This document shows, one piece after another, positions 39,562 to 54,192 of a stretch of 64,000 bases of DNA (its first letter is position 1; every line of letters starts with the position of its first letter). Source of the DNA: Sphagnum compactum. Taxonomy: Eukaryota. Made by a program: the position numbers and the translations under genes. Below the pieces are notes generated by a model. The model was not told the origin of the DNA. It searched no databases and was given only the letters and a program-made list of their open reading frames with translations. Where the stretch lies: positions 27,518,213-27,582,212 of the forward strand of contig OZ234493.1 of assembly GCA_965153455.1 (NCBI GenBank), in the 5' to 3' direction.

Positions 39562-42500
39562 AAAGAAGAAGAAGAAGATGGAGAAGCAAAGCGGTTTCCA
39601 TTCATTGAAGAGACGAAAATGCTTCTTCTTCTTCTTCCTCTGCGGGGGCAGCTCAGGTGTTGTTGGGTGGGGAAAAGACTCTGCTCCCTGGTCTCTCGTT
39701 TGTAAGGAATAGGGTGAATTCTGACTGACCTTATGAAACTCCGTCTGCAGGCAGACAGCTGCAGTGAAGTTTGTTTCCAAGTGCACTAGCTTAGTACCAA
39801 ACCGGATTTTTCCGACGCCAATCTTCAGCTTGGGAAATCATTCTAGTCCCAGGGAAGTGTATTCGAATCTCAAGAAAAAACAAAAACAGATAAAAAATTT
39901 TGTAGGCTTTTTAGCTCCGAAAAAACTTTGTAGGATTCATTGTGTGATGGCTTAGTACTTTGTGTGTCAGCTATTGAACCCTTTTTTCAGCAGCTCTTTT
40001 TATGTAAGCAGTAATGAAAGAAATCCACCCTGAGCTTGAGATCAATAGAATGTCTTGCATATAATTCTCAAATGTTGTTTCTGGACATGATGACGACAAT
40101 GGTGAATTCTCAACTAAACCCTAAACCCTAAACCAATACGGCTTGCCTTGCTATTGCATCCTTGCTGACAGTCTGCTTCCTTTCCTATAGCGACTTGTGA
40201 GCAGAACATTTTTCCCTGTATTTTGTCCAAAAGATGAGCTTGCATATAATCATAGGGGACTCACCAAGTCAGATTTGTTGACTTTTTATTTGCAAAATAT
40301 ATATTAAATTTTCACTCGAATTTTGGATGGGCATTTTTCATCAAAATTCATCACATTCTCTTTAGACATAAAAGCATCCCAAAATCTCAACATATATCTT
40401 TCAGCCATGATCCTCAACCCAATTTCTTGATTCCATCAGATTTTATGTTGGTACCAATGTTGTTTAGTTCTTATTTCAAAAGGAACCTTTGATCTCGATT
40501 CTAATTTTATTTATTTTTGGATAAAACCTTTAGTTCAATCTTGAGACCAAGCGATTCTTTGACTGGCGAATCTTTCGCCAAATTTTTACGTGAAAAATAT
40601 GATTTCAATCTAAACAAAGGATTTTGAATGAAAAAAAAAGACCCAAATTCGCCCGACTTGAATATATACAAGGATTCTATTTTTTTTCTACTTTCAATGC
40701 TAGTATATAGCCAAATTTGGCTAAATTATTTTCTGGATGATCATCATTCTGGCTACATCACAAAATCCTTAAAAGAAACCCTGCTTGAGACTGGTTCTTG
40801 GGATTTATTAAACTGCATTGATAAATCATTATTAAATCAGACTGGTAATGACTTAATAATGATTTTTGATCATTTTCATAAAAAAATTAAAATCGGTTTT
40901 GTTCAAGACCAAGTACAATTCAATCTCATTACACATGTCTAAATAATTTTTGTGTATAATATTATTAGTTTGTTTAAATCGTGTACACATTTCAAAATAA
41001 AAATTATGTACAACAATTCAAATGCAATAACTGTTTCAAATGTGAGATCCAGTTTTTGGAAAATATTAAATCAGCCAAAGAAATTGATTGCGACTGGTAC
41101 AAAAGTATTGCTTGACATGTTGAAGCTTTGTAAAAATCTAAAGCCCTTAAATGAGAAGAGAAGAAATGTATAAGGTTTTTATTTTAGGTTTCATTATTTA
41201 TTTGCACAACTATGGGCATAATTAGTTGTGAGATAGTTCCTTCTAACATGGTGGTGGGTTTGGATTGCCATAGGAAGCAACACAAAGTCCAGTGGCAGCT
41301 GGAAGAGTTTAGTGTTTTAGAGATTCTGTTTAATATGGCTACAAAGAAAAAGCTAAGAAGGCCAAATGGGTTTGAAAGGTTGTTAAAGTACTATGTGAAG
41401 TTACTTGATTCATAGAGCAATGGGTCACTCCTAAACTTTATAGTGAGCTTCTATTGGATATATTTTCATCATGGGTGACCCCATTAAATGGCAAAAAGGA
41501 TCATCCTGACTTCTAGTGTGTATATTGTGGAGGGGAATGGTCAAATAAGTTATAACATTCTGACCATAGGTCTAAAGGGTGCCCGAATGGTCCCATTGAC
41601 CTAAGAACAAATAAACCCATCTCTATCCCAATGTTTCCCAATTTGGTTAATGCCCAACTATCGAAAGAGTTGAAGCGACAGATTGAGAACAATGATGCTT
41701 CTTTGATGGCCCCAAAATTACAAAACAAGTTATCAAAGAGAACAAGTCGGTTCCTTCAAGTGATCAAGACACAAGTACCACTATTGGTAGTGTAGGTGAG
41801 ACCACTCTTCAAGTATTGAACTCATTTGACAATGTAAAAAAGTCAAATAACAAAGGTGAAGAAAATATCAAAGGCCTTGACATTTTCCAATACATGCCAC
41901 TACAACAAAAGATTCATGGAATAACAAGTTTGCCTCATTCGAATATGGGAGGGGAGAATGAAAGTATTTGAGATTCCTTCATACCTCCATCCATCTCCAT
42001 TGCATCCAAATGTTGTTTTACGGGAGTTACACAATTTGAGAAACATTGAAGGTGGATGAAACCATTACTTCAAACTTGTAGAATTTGAGGCTAATGAACA
42101 CGTGACAATCCCATGGGAAAGGCTTGTACTTATGCCAATCAAGCTACAACCTAGCTTTGTTTCACTTGCTTCCATACCTGTTGAGGAAGTTCAATTGGGA
42201 GAACTCTTCCTTGGATGATTTCAAGGCCAGGGCTTGCAAACTATTAGACTTGTCTGGAAGGATGGGATGAATGGGTTGATGTTGTTTATGGCATCATTTG
42301 GGTTGTGGACTCACAAAGACCAAGTAAGCTAGTCATTGGTTTATGAAATCAATGGTTTAAGGTTCATTGGTTTTCTACCATGTCACATATCACTTGGTTG
42401 TATTATTCTATAACCTGTTTACCTTGGTTTGATTCCTTTGTAAATATATACTTATAATTTACAACTAGTCTCAAAATTCAATATGTAAATTTCATTCTAT

Positions 42501-45500
42501 TTATTTTCATGTGTAGCACTTTCTACCATGTCACATGATGTAACATGCTACCATGGTTAGATTCTACTATAAAACCTTATAACATATAGTCCATTTTTTC
42601 CCTTTTGGCTCAACTTCTAACTTTCATTTCATTTATTTTCCTATGCAGCATTGTTGTATTGAGTCCCAATGAAATGTAATGAACATGGCTGTTAGTCATG
42701 TGATAAACCCTACAACTTTGAACAACGAATTCAAAACATTGGTTGAATAGGTGGAGTACAAGTTACTTGAACAAGATAATAAGAAGCTTGAAGCCCAATG
42801 GTGGGAGGAACGTGAAAAAAAGATTGCTACATATGTTGAAGACAAAATGCAAGACTTTGATCAAGTTGTTGCTCCAAAAGTTGAATGAAGAAAATGGGGT
42901 CACCCACTCTTTCACATCTTCACAACAATTCCGTCATTGTGGGCTTTTGCCCAACCTTTCCTTGGACACACAACAACAATAAGGCCATAACCGTATGTGA
43001 TGGAATTTGTAACATGGAAAGGGTTGGTATATTCTACCCAATCCCATGGTGTGCAAGGTTTCTTAAACTTTACACATTCTCAAAAAGGATAAACATTCCT
43101 CTAGTTCACCTGTTGCATGGTGGTATTGAAACGAATTGAAAACAATGGCTTTCTAAAGGACTCAACGGCAAGCAATGGCAAACAATCTTGGCCATCATGC
43201 AAGAGGAGGGGCCCACGTTGTTTGTAGGTGGGGTGGGGTCATTGGCTTAGGAGGTTTGGCAAGTCCAAGTCTAGAAAGAATTTGAACACTTGACAAATTA
43301 CTCAACATGGTGGCCAAACTTCTATACTTGGTCACAAAATGTCATATTGCAAGCAGTCTAAGAATTTATAGTCATCAACATGAAGGATTTCATCAATGGG
43401 TGGCAAATTCATGAATGGGGTGCACTTGGGAATTCTTTTGATTCCACACTCACAAAATGGTTGATGCAACAAGAAGACATTGATCTTGGTTGGATTATTG
43501 TTAAAACAAGTTAGAAAATTGTTTTTGAAGTTATTAACAATGTGTCATGTGTACCATCATGTATCATTCTACTCACTTGCTAAAACAAATCGTAACATGC
43601 AATGGCTAGTTCATGGGATGTGGTGTAACATGGCAACCTTTTAACATTATAACCCATTTTTTTGTAACTTGGGTTTTTATAATTATTACCAATATGTAAT
43701 GTGTAGCATCATGCATGTAGAGTCTAGTCTTGTTATAATAAGATGTAACATGTGGCTAGTTTATGGGTTGTAATGTTACATGGCAATTTTTACCATTATC
43801 AATTTTTTCCTAGGTATTGGGTTAGGAGGCATTCCAAGTTTTGAATCAATGGAATGTGAATCAAAGGGCAGCCACATGGAGGAAAATGAAGGATTGTCAC
43901 ATGCAAAGGTACCTAGCTGGGGAATGATTGTTTGTGGGGCGAGATGTTGAAGTCACCGACAGTAATGACCATACCTGTCGTGATGGTGTTTCAAATAGGA
44001 TTGTGCACGAAACATGTGATGATAAGGACATGCACCCTTGCATTACAACTGGGGAGGATGGTCAATTAGGAACCATTGCACTAATAGACCACAATTTGAC
44101 AAATTAATAAACAAACAATTACCCAAAGTTACCAAAAGATACCCAATTCCAATCAAGCCTAGCCTTTAGACAATTGGATAATCTCATGAAGTCTAAACCA
44201 TAGTCTAAACCAATGAGCTGGATGTACATATGTGCTTTGCATCCCAAGGCCTTGATTGTATAACCAATGTTGATTGGCTAGCAAGAAATCTCAACACACA
44301 ACTTGCATTAGCAGTTGAGTCAATATCTGTAGATTATACATTGTCTAGTGCGGTGCATGCTCTAACCATCAACGATGTTTGTAAATAATTAGAACAATCA
44401 TTGTTCATGATTACACCACAGTCACCTATTATGCCTAGGAAAGACAAAACACTACAATATTTGCAACAAACATTAAGGTAATTACACTAATAGAAATTGG
44501 CCAAAATGTAACCAATTTCTTTGCAATTACATGCGACTATTAGTTATTTGCAACTACATTTGGACATTTTTGCAACCATTTTTTGTGTTGGTCATATTTG
44601 CGACTACAATGCAACTAGTTTGCAACTATTGTGGTGTTCATCCTTCCATGTGAACAAAAGTTTAGTTTTCATCCAAGAAGAACAATTTATGTCCCATTAA
44701 TTGCAAATGTGACCAATCTAGTTGCAACCTTTTAAGTATATAAAGGTGTATTTTGTGAATTTAAAAAAATATAGTTGGGTGTATTAGGATTTATAAATGC
44801 ATATTTTGAATGTGTACAAATAACCATATTAGATGTGTATTCAAATATTATTATTATCATAAATGGCCTTGATATTATGGTTACATTAAATGGTATATAT
44901 TTTGAATATATCGTGCAAAACTTTACAAACATGAAGAAACCCTTTCCAAAACCTTCCTAATATTTCTTTGAGTGCATAAATAAAGCTTTATTCAAAAGAC
45001 CAATTGATTGCCTTAAACCTTGGAAACAAAAAAAAAAAACATGTTTGTAGAGAAAAGACATAAAACTAGATGAAAACTAGAAAAATATAAACTTATGCAA
45101 AAGATTTCTTACCAGGTTGAAAAAATCCAAATGTAGATGCGTGTAGGACCTCTCTTGTCTAAGATTACTCAAATGAAGCAATTGCTTGCAAAATAATTCA
45201 CAAGTTTTAACTCTAACTAGGAGATTAAACAAGTTTGATGGAGTCCAACAACTCTAACAAGTTTGATCAACATAGTACGAGGAGTTTTAGTTGTAGTTCC
45301 AATGATCTATAATAGTTAACCAAGGAGCTCTATGTGCAAATGCTCAAACGATTTAAAAGAGTTAACTGTAAAGTTCAAAAGAAAAAAAGGTGACGAACTT
45401 GTGATGTGGGTGGGCACCTCGTGATCGTATCTAGATTGCAAAACCCTACCTAGGGTAATACCATAGCATAGGTGGGCATAGGCGAGTGGGCAAGACTGAG

Positions 45501-48500
45501 TTTTCAAAAGTGATAGTTTTATTTCTTATGATGGATAGTATTAATTTCTGATAGTTTTATTTCTTATGATGGATAGTATTAATTTCACGAATAGTCCCAA
45601 TAAATTGAGGCCACATATTGACATTTGACCAACCCTATCCTTGGGAAACCATTGAAACTTTAGCGCCCTTAGCTCCTATGATTGTGTTTTTTCCCTTATG
45701 TTATTTTTTTAATCTTTAAATAGCTAGAAACATGGCAAGATGAACAACCATGTCTCTTTAATGAATGATCAAGATGATATTATTACTAACAATTGTTATT
45801 GTAGCATGTTTCTTTGTTGAATATTTTTATGCCATCCATGAATGCCTTAGTAAAATATTGTCCAGTATATAAGGGTGCTTCCACAAATATTTTGCAGCCA
45901 TGGATCCTAACAAAATAAAAAAGCTTACCTAAGCACTAATATCGAGCTTGAAAGTTACAGGTTTGGCATTCTAGCTCTAGTTTCACACCCTTTGCCGAAA
46001 TTGCTTTCAATAATTCAACCAACACTTTTAAAAAACTTGATGTATACAAGTTGAACTCTTTTAAAGACAAAAGCCAAATTAGTGATGCACAATAAAGCTG
46101 ATGATGATTGGTGAAACTTGTATAATGATGGCAATGGAAATGATGGTACACAAGCAAATAACTTTTATGTTGCATTAGGGTTTAGGTTCCAAGACTTGTA
46201 GTAAGTTTGGGCTTCGCAGTAGTCTTGATGCGCAGGAATAGGGTTTGAAATGACTCCAAGTTACGTGATGGGCTCATGGGATAGTGAAGTGGGATTATGT
46301 GATGGTGGATAATCTGCATCCCATGGATGTCATGGCAAGGGGTCGGATGTTACGTGGGATAGACTTGTAACATGCCTACGTGGCCAAAAATTGGGATCAC
46401 AAGTTAGAGGAATTTGCCTATTTTGTTGATGTCATGCAATGTTAGCGGTACTTTTATACTGGTCACGTTCAATTTCTTTGGCCGATTTAATATTTTCCTC
46501 AAGTTTATTATTATTATTTGATAAAATTGTAAATATCTACTTATAGAACTTGAAGCTAGTATAGGGTAGCACCCATGGTTCAAAATCTAATTTAATATTG
46601 GAAGAAGGCGAATTACTTGATTCAGTTCTAATGGTGGCTTCAACAAAACATGAAACCTCTAGTGTGGAGATCCCAAAACTTACCAACATTGTTTGGTGCC
46701 TTATGCTAACTATTAGAAGGTTGCTAACAAAATGACGATCAAAGGTTATGGCTTATAGCTTGTAACCCTATAGCTTATCAATGCATCGAGATTTTCATTT
46801 GGGTCGGTTATGTACCTTGAATTGTTATAGTAACCAATGCCAATAATTACATTAAATGTACATGGAAAATTCTATGAAGATTGTGTTGAGTGTTTTCCTC
46901 ATTTGTGGGAATGTATCTCATGTCCAAACAAAATGTGATAAGTTTCAATGAAAATGCCCATCCAAATTAAAACTTGATTTCTTCATTTAAATTTTAAATG
47001 ATTTTAGAACATTCAAAATTATGAGAAAATAAAATTACATTTAAAGATAGGAAATCCATGAATTCATCCATTAGAATCCATTTTGTCCATGGACTATATA
47101 ATGTCACCTATTGATCATTCCCTTTCCAAGTTGCATGCCATCTTCATGTTTGTTTGTTTCTTACTAATTAACAAATAATAACCTTGGAAAGTTTGTACCT
47201 TTTTGTGATCTATTGGAGCAACACAAATGTCTATAGTCTACATGTAGAGATCCATGCCTATGAGCAAACCAATATTTGGTACTTGGGCCCATTGATCTTT
47301 TAGTGTGCTTGGTGCCTTCCTTTTACTATAAATTTTTCTCATTAGTCCTACTTCTCAAATTCAAACAGTAAATCGTCTCAAATCTTTCTTTGTTTTGCTT
47401 TATTTATTTATTTTGTAAGATAGATTTTTGATTTTCTCTGAATGTTGCAACTCTAGTTTCTTGATAGTTTATGACTATGTCAAAGATATTAAAAAACCCT
47501 TAACCATTTGTGTTACATTTCTAAAGCTTGTTGAGAGTGGTAAATGGTAGACTTATGTATAGCCAGAAGATGTGTGCTATGTGTACTAGTTTCTAAATAA
47601 TTTCTTTCTTTATCTTGTAGCAACAAGCATAGTAACATTCTTGAAAATCTTGAGACTTGAAACAATGTCCTTATATCAAAACTAATATTTTTGTATTTGA
47701 TGAATTGATATCACCGAGAGATTAAAAGAAAATATATGATCTCAATGCAAGAGAAACAATATGTATAAATGGAGAACCGTGAATAAAGAATACACAAACT
47801 TGTCATTGAAAACATTCTCAATACTTTGCAATTTGATGATTCAAAAAGCATGTTTGGAATTGTCACGTGGTTAAGGTTCTTTACCCTAAAAAAATCATTG
47901 CATATATCCATTTATTCTTTGGCCATGAGACAACTGACCCGGATAATGCTTCTGGCCTGAGTGCATTATCCTATACATCCATGATCAAATGAATCACAAA
48001 CACAGATATCATCCACTCATCTGCATTCATGCATCATTTATCTCCCTCACCCTCAAGCAAAGTGCACCCAGTCAATTATAATGAATTCTTTTTTATAATT
48101 CTTAAAGTTTTTTTTTTTTTTTTTGAAATTTGGGTTACTATACTTTTTGCACATTACCTAATACCAATCCAATCACCTTCAATGAAGTGAACCCACTGCC
48201 TGCCCAGTCCATTAAAAAAACCAAAAACCAAAACCAAACCTTAAAATATTTTATTTTATTTTATTTTGAAAATCATTTTGGTCTATTAGGTAGGTACATA
48301 AACCAATCCAATCAGCTTCAAACCAAAGAAAAACAGTTCTTAAATTTTTTAAAAAAAAATTCTAATTAAAACTTAGTAGGTACATGAACCAGTCCCCAAT
48401 CCATGAATTCATCTTCAAACCAAGTTCACACAGGTTCTAGTCCATGAAAAAGGAAAAAATAAAATAAAAATTATTTATAAAAAAAATTGGTTCATTTATT

Positions 48501-48863
48501 TGATTTGGTAGGTAAGTATAAACTTTTGTACATGCCAATGCAAAAAAGTATTTTATTCTTTTTCTTTAATATTGGTTTATTAATTAGGTAGATAAGTAGG
48601 TACAAACTTTTGTACATGCCAATCCAATTACCTTCACACATTTTGGGCTTTTGCAGATAAGGCCCCCACCACAAACCCTAAGTTTGGATAAATTCCCATT
48701 TTGAAAGGTAGGTAGCAAAGGGAGCGGGGGGGAAAGGGAGTGAACGGTGGGGGTGGGTACCTAAGTAGGGGGATGAAACTCGAGAGTGTAGTTTTCTTCT
48801 GTTCACGAGAAAGGCCACAAGAGGAGAGAGGGAGCGATCAGAAGACGACGGTGGCGAAGCGCG

Positions 48864-51800
48864 ATGGCTATGGCGGGCTTGGCAGTGCAAATCTACAATG
48901 GCGGAGGTGTTTTCCGTGTCGTCAGTACCAAACCTATGCCCGGGACGCAGTGGATTCGCGCGCTCACAAACGTCGGATGCCGCGTTGAGGCAAGTGCTTG
49001 CGGGAATTCTTCTCATTTGTTTGTTGTTGCTGTGGCGTAGTTTGTTCTGTTTCTTTTCTGTTTTTCGCCCTGCTGAGAATTTCCGTGGCAGTAGCTGCTT
49101 CTTGCTATTATTGCAATTAAGTACGTTCTTATTCTTCTTCTTCTTCTTGCTGTGATGGATTTTCTATTTCTTGCTATGTTCAATATGTCCGTGCCAGTAG
49201 CTGCTTGCAATTGCAAGCGATCTTCTTCTTCTTCTTGCTGTTGGCGCAATCACTTTTGTTGTTGCTGTGGCGAATTTTCTGTTTTTGTTGTTGTTGCGGC
49301 CAATTTTCTTATGTTCTTCTTTTTCTTGTTGTTTTTTGTTTTTCTTATTTTTTTTCTCTGTTCAAAATGCTAGTACAGTAGCTGCTTGCTATTGCAATTG
49401 AGCATCTTGTTGTTGTTGTTGTTGTCGTTGTGTTGCTTTTTTCTTCTCTTTTTGGTTTCCTGGCTCTGTTCTGAATGTTAGTAGCAGTAGCTGCTTGCTA
49501 TCACAATTGAGTTTGTCGTTTCTAAGCATTTTGAACATACTAACAATCATGTCTAGTCAAATAGTGTACCTAATTGAGAATGAGGTCATTATAGTGTGTA
49601 GAAGTGCTGATCGAGCTACTGAAGACTTGGCAGCAGAGAGATGTATGTGCTCACAGTTTTTCAGGGGGGAAGAAGCTTTGTCAATTGTTCACAATAGATA
49701 TTCACAATAGATTCACAATTGGAATCCCTAGTTGCTCTGATAGCAAATTCCAAATACTGCTCTATCAAAACAATACAGGGCAATTGCCTGCAAATGACCC
49801 AGCAACATTGATTGAACTGCAGACTTAACAATAGAGTATTGAAATGGTTTTTTTTTCTTCTGTGGGCCCAAGAATAAGTGCCACTGGAGGATTTTATTTT
49901 ATTTATTTTATTTTTTTCCCAGAAGAGTTTGACAGTACACTTTCTCTCGCAGATCCTCATATTCACAGTTTACACTCCCTGCAGTAATGTATCTTTTACT
50001 ATTGGATTCTTCACAAACCCTGGAACCATTTATTTTGGATGAACTATACAGGTCAGGAGGTGATGATCAAAGATAAATCATATAAGTTCTCTACAATTGT
50101 TGTGCAAGGCTTTGAAAGAAATCCCCAGGTTTTGGATTCAGAATGTTTCTGTTTTCCTCACCTTGAAGCTCATCATCTCATAACATTTGAATGCAGGTTT
50201 GCACTGAAAACAAGACTATTCTGAGTGTGGAAGACATCCTTGCTCTTATTGGGTCCCGGTGTGATGGTGTTATTGGGCAGGTTGGAACCTTTTTCTCACA
50301 CCCATATGACATCATGGAAAATTCCCTTCACTTGCTTCAGCTCTGGATATCAGAGAAATGCATCAAGTGGCTGTGGCAGTATTGAACCCTGAATTTAACT
50401 GTCTGTGTGTAGTTGACAGAGGACTGGGGTGAGACCCTCTTTGCAGCCTTGAAGAAGGCTGGGGGCCATGCATACAGCAACATGGCTGTTGGGTACAATA
50501 ATGTTGATGTCAATGCTGCCACCCGACATGGTATTGCAGTTGGCAACACCCCTGTATGTCATGCTCACCACCTCTCGCAAGAGAATACTTCATGTCATCA
50601 TTGACCCACTGTTTCTGGTGCAGAAGTCTCCACTTTTGTAGTCAGATTTTCAGCCTTTATGGATATGCAATACCCTTGACCACTTTGAATTCCATGATTT
50701 AGGACATGGTGCAGGGGCTCTGTAGGGTGTGCTGACAGAAACGACAGCAGAGCTAGCAGCAGCCCTGACATTGTCAGCTGCACGAAGGGTCGTAGAAGCA
50801 GATGACTTCATGCGTGCTGGGAAATATGAAGGCTGGCTCCCATCTCTGTAAGTACACTTGTATGCTGTAATTTGAAATCTACTGTTTTGTCTTTTAATCA
50901 CTGCTATATTTCTTCTAAAACTATGGCCACTCAGCTAATTCTCTCCATTCTTTGAACTGTACTCTTCTGGATTTGCGGAGCATCTTCCAGAAGAGCTCAA
51001 CAATCCCAGTAAAGTGGAACACTCATGCAACATAAATGTGGTGTGTAGATTTGTTGGTAATCTTTTGAAAGGACAGACAGTTGGTATTATTGGAGCTGGA
51101 AGAATTGGATCTGCATATGCACGCATGATGGTACTTTCTCACCTGAGCCTTCTAAATTGATTCTCTGTTTCTAGTATTATGGACTGCTGAGACAGTGCAT
51201 GGTTACCTGCTATGTCAAAGTATGTGATGGATCCTTGCTGTGGAGTGGCATGTCTTGAGTGTGCATAAGCATCCCTTGGAGCGACATCGACCCCTCCCAA
51301 CACATTTTGTTTCATGTTGCTTCTAGTTTAGGTTCTTGATGGGACAAGATAGGCCCATTCCTCTTAGTGCAATGAGCCAAGTGACCATTATTGCATATGG
51401 AATACTGTCTGTCATTTCAGTGGACAATGACTTGTTGCACATGCTGCAGAACTCATGAGTGTCCAGATTTGTACATTTGATAGAAGACTTGTTATCTATC
51501 TACTAATTTCTCACAATCTATTCAACGAATGTTCTGTATCTCACAGATTGAGGGTTTCAAGATGAATGTCATTTATTATGACTTGTACCAGTCAACAAGA
51601 CTCGAGAAATTTGTGACAGGTTGGTGGCAAGGAGATCTTATGAGCATTTGTGTAGTACGTCAGAGTCAAGTGGCAGAGATAATGAGCATTGCTCAATAAA
51701 AACCTCCAATCAGTAGGATTTAATGGTCACAGATCTGCTAAGCATTGTGCTCTTTTAGCACATTGCAGTCCAGGTAGTAAAGGTATCCGGTGCATCCAGT

Positions 51801-54192
51801 AACAGTAAATTATGGCTTCTGTAAGGGAATCTCTTATTAGATGATATATTTTTTGTAAGTTTCCCACTTGCTTGAGATGGCTGGTGAAGGTCTTGTTGAA
51901 AAGAACATGTTTCGATTTATAGCTACTTGTGGCCATGCTCTTCGCAGTGCCATTAGTATCACCAGCGCTCTTTTGATTCACTGGCCAGGTGTTATGGTGA
52001 TTGTGCTGCTAACCTTCTCAAAAGATTTCATGAAGAAACCACCAAGCTGATACTTGTATTCTCTGTTGAGCAGCTTATGGAGAATTTTTGAAGAGCCAAG
52101 GGGAAACTCCTGTATATTGGCGAAGGGCTACAAGTCCAGAGGAGGTTCTGAAAGAAGCTGATGTGGTATGAGTTCTGTCACCTCTCCTGTACAAGTACAA
52201 TTTTCATATTGAATGTCAGCTGGGATCAGCAATATTTGATGGTGGCCCCCATCCACACACAGGAAATGCCATTACACAAGCATGGAAGAACATTAGGACC
52301 ATGAGGCCCACATTAAACTAATTGGATTTATTGAGTTCCTCAAAGTTCAAGGTGAAGTCCTAAATGAGAAGCAGGTTAGGATTTCTTGCTGTGTGAGCCT
52401 CATGATATGCTGGTATACACATTTGCAGGTAAGCTTACATCCTATTCTTGACAAGACAACTTATCATCTCATCAACAAAGAGAGGCTCTCTTTGATGAAG
52501 AAGGTAAGTTCTGAACTGAGATCCCTTTGAGGGTACTGTTACTAGTCTTAAGGCAGGGAATCAGACCTTCTGGCATTTTGCCCATGTTAGCCAAACCCAG
52601 TCAAAGCAAGTATATTGAGCTCTGATCTAAAATCCAGGAGAAAAGAAGTCCCAGGGCCTTGGATTGAACAAAATGTGGTCACTGAGACTACATCCTCCAT
52701 CCAAATGTGGCTGTCGGGAAGCTAGCCAAAACAATCAGGTTTTGTTTTGGGTACTGGAAACCACCGCACTGCATTAACCAGATCCACGTATTCTGTATGC
52801 TTCTCATGAAGATTGGATGTTACAGGATGCAGTGCTGGTGAATGCAAGCAGAGGCCCAGTCATTGATGAAGCAGCTTTGGTGGAGCATCTTAAAGCCAAT
52901 CCTATGTTCCGTGTAGGACTTGATGTGTTTGAGGTCAGTACGATGTTCTACTCACCACAACAAGTGGGTGGGTGATGAGCTTGTCCCTATGGAGATGTAT
53001 TTGGCATGCAAACCCATAATTTGTCTCCTGGCTGCAAGCAGCACAATTGAGGTTTGATGCAAGATGAAATGATTTTGCAGGATGAGCCTTTCATGAAACC
53101 AGGCTTGGGAGAGCTTCCAAATGCTGTTGTAGTTCCCCACATTGCATCTGCTTCTAAGGTCACAGATCCCCTTCCTGTCTTTATTTAGCTCATGATAAAT
53201 GGTTTTTGGAATACCCTGCAGCACCAAATGCATATGCCCTTCAAATATGTCATATACATGTCATATGTATGATCTTTGAGATTGCTTTGGCACCTATTTG
53301 GAATGCAAGCTGTGGAGGGGTGGAAAATTTTTCCTAGCACTGTCCTCTGCTGGAGAGGAGCTTGAAAACATCAAGTAGCCCACACTGTTTAGCATCTGCT
53401 TGTGGGCATCCTTCTATAGGCTACTCACACACTGATTTATGCTGTTTAGCATCTGCTTGTGGGCATCCTTCTATAGGCTACTCACACGCTGATTTATGTG
53501 ATTTTCCAGTGGACAAGAGAGGGCATGGCAACTCTTGCTGCACTGAACGTTGCTGTAAGTTCTTCTTACAGTCCATGTGATTCTTTTAAGCCCTCATGTT
53601 TCTACTAAACAAAAAAACATTCTGGGAGCTTGAATGAACCTGCCCTCCAGTAACAGCCACAATGTGGGAGATTGTATTGTTTGTGTCATCATGTCAATCA
53701 TGTACAATCAATGATTGACATGATGAAGGCATTTTGACTTGGGTGTTTTCAGGGCAAGCTCAAAGGATATCCATTATGGTCAAACCCAAACAACATCATG
53801 CCATTCCTCAATGAGCACTCCCAGCCACCAGCTGCCTGTCCAAGTATTGTGAATTCAAAAGCCCTTGGTATGAATACTTACCTTTATCTTGAAGTGGTAG
53901 GATGAGGTTTATCTTGTCACTGCTCGCTCTGATTGTTCCTGCACCAATACTGTGTGTATTGGACAGCATAGACAGGCCATTAATTTTTTATCACTAAGAC
54001 AAAGCGTTTTCACAGGAACCTGGTCAACTGGAAATTTGCAGTTCTACATAGACTTGAATTCATCTGCTTGAGGATGCACATTAGGACCTTGTTCTTTTCT
54101 TTTTGGGCACTGATTGTGTTGCGGTCTTTCCTGTGTCAATTGCACCTGCAGGCTTACCGGTTTCCAATGGCAAGGCTGAATCAAAGCTGTAA
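48864..54192 (+). CDS. HPR1: Peroxisomal NADH-dependent hydroxypyruvate reductase (glycerate dehydrogenase), ~13 exons
   Basis: Exon 1 48864-48989 (RVVSTKPMPGTQWI), then 50197-50280, 50413-50553 (SNMAVGYNNVDV), 50726-50847, ~51049-51130 (GIIGAGRIG) and further exons. Last exon 54152-54192 ends ...KAESKL* (PTS1). Confidence 0.97.
53385..53498. repeat. Near-perfect 57-bp tandem duplication in an HPR1 intron
   Basis: CTGTTTAGCATCTGCTTGTGGGCATCCTTCTATAGGCTACTCACAC(A/G)CTGATTTATG, twice. Confidence 0.9.

Noticed and set aside
41200..44730. Possible transposon-derived gene remnant and a CACTA-like end at 44485
   Set aside because: No matching opposite terminus or TSD found, and the translations are not diagnostic.
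45511..45587. ~38-bp tandem duplication
   Set aside because: Real but an ordinary slippage duplication in AT-rich intergenic DNA.
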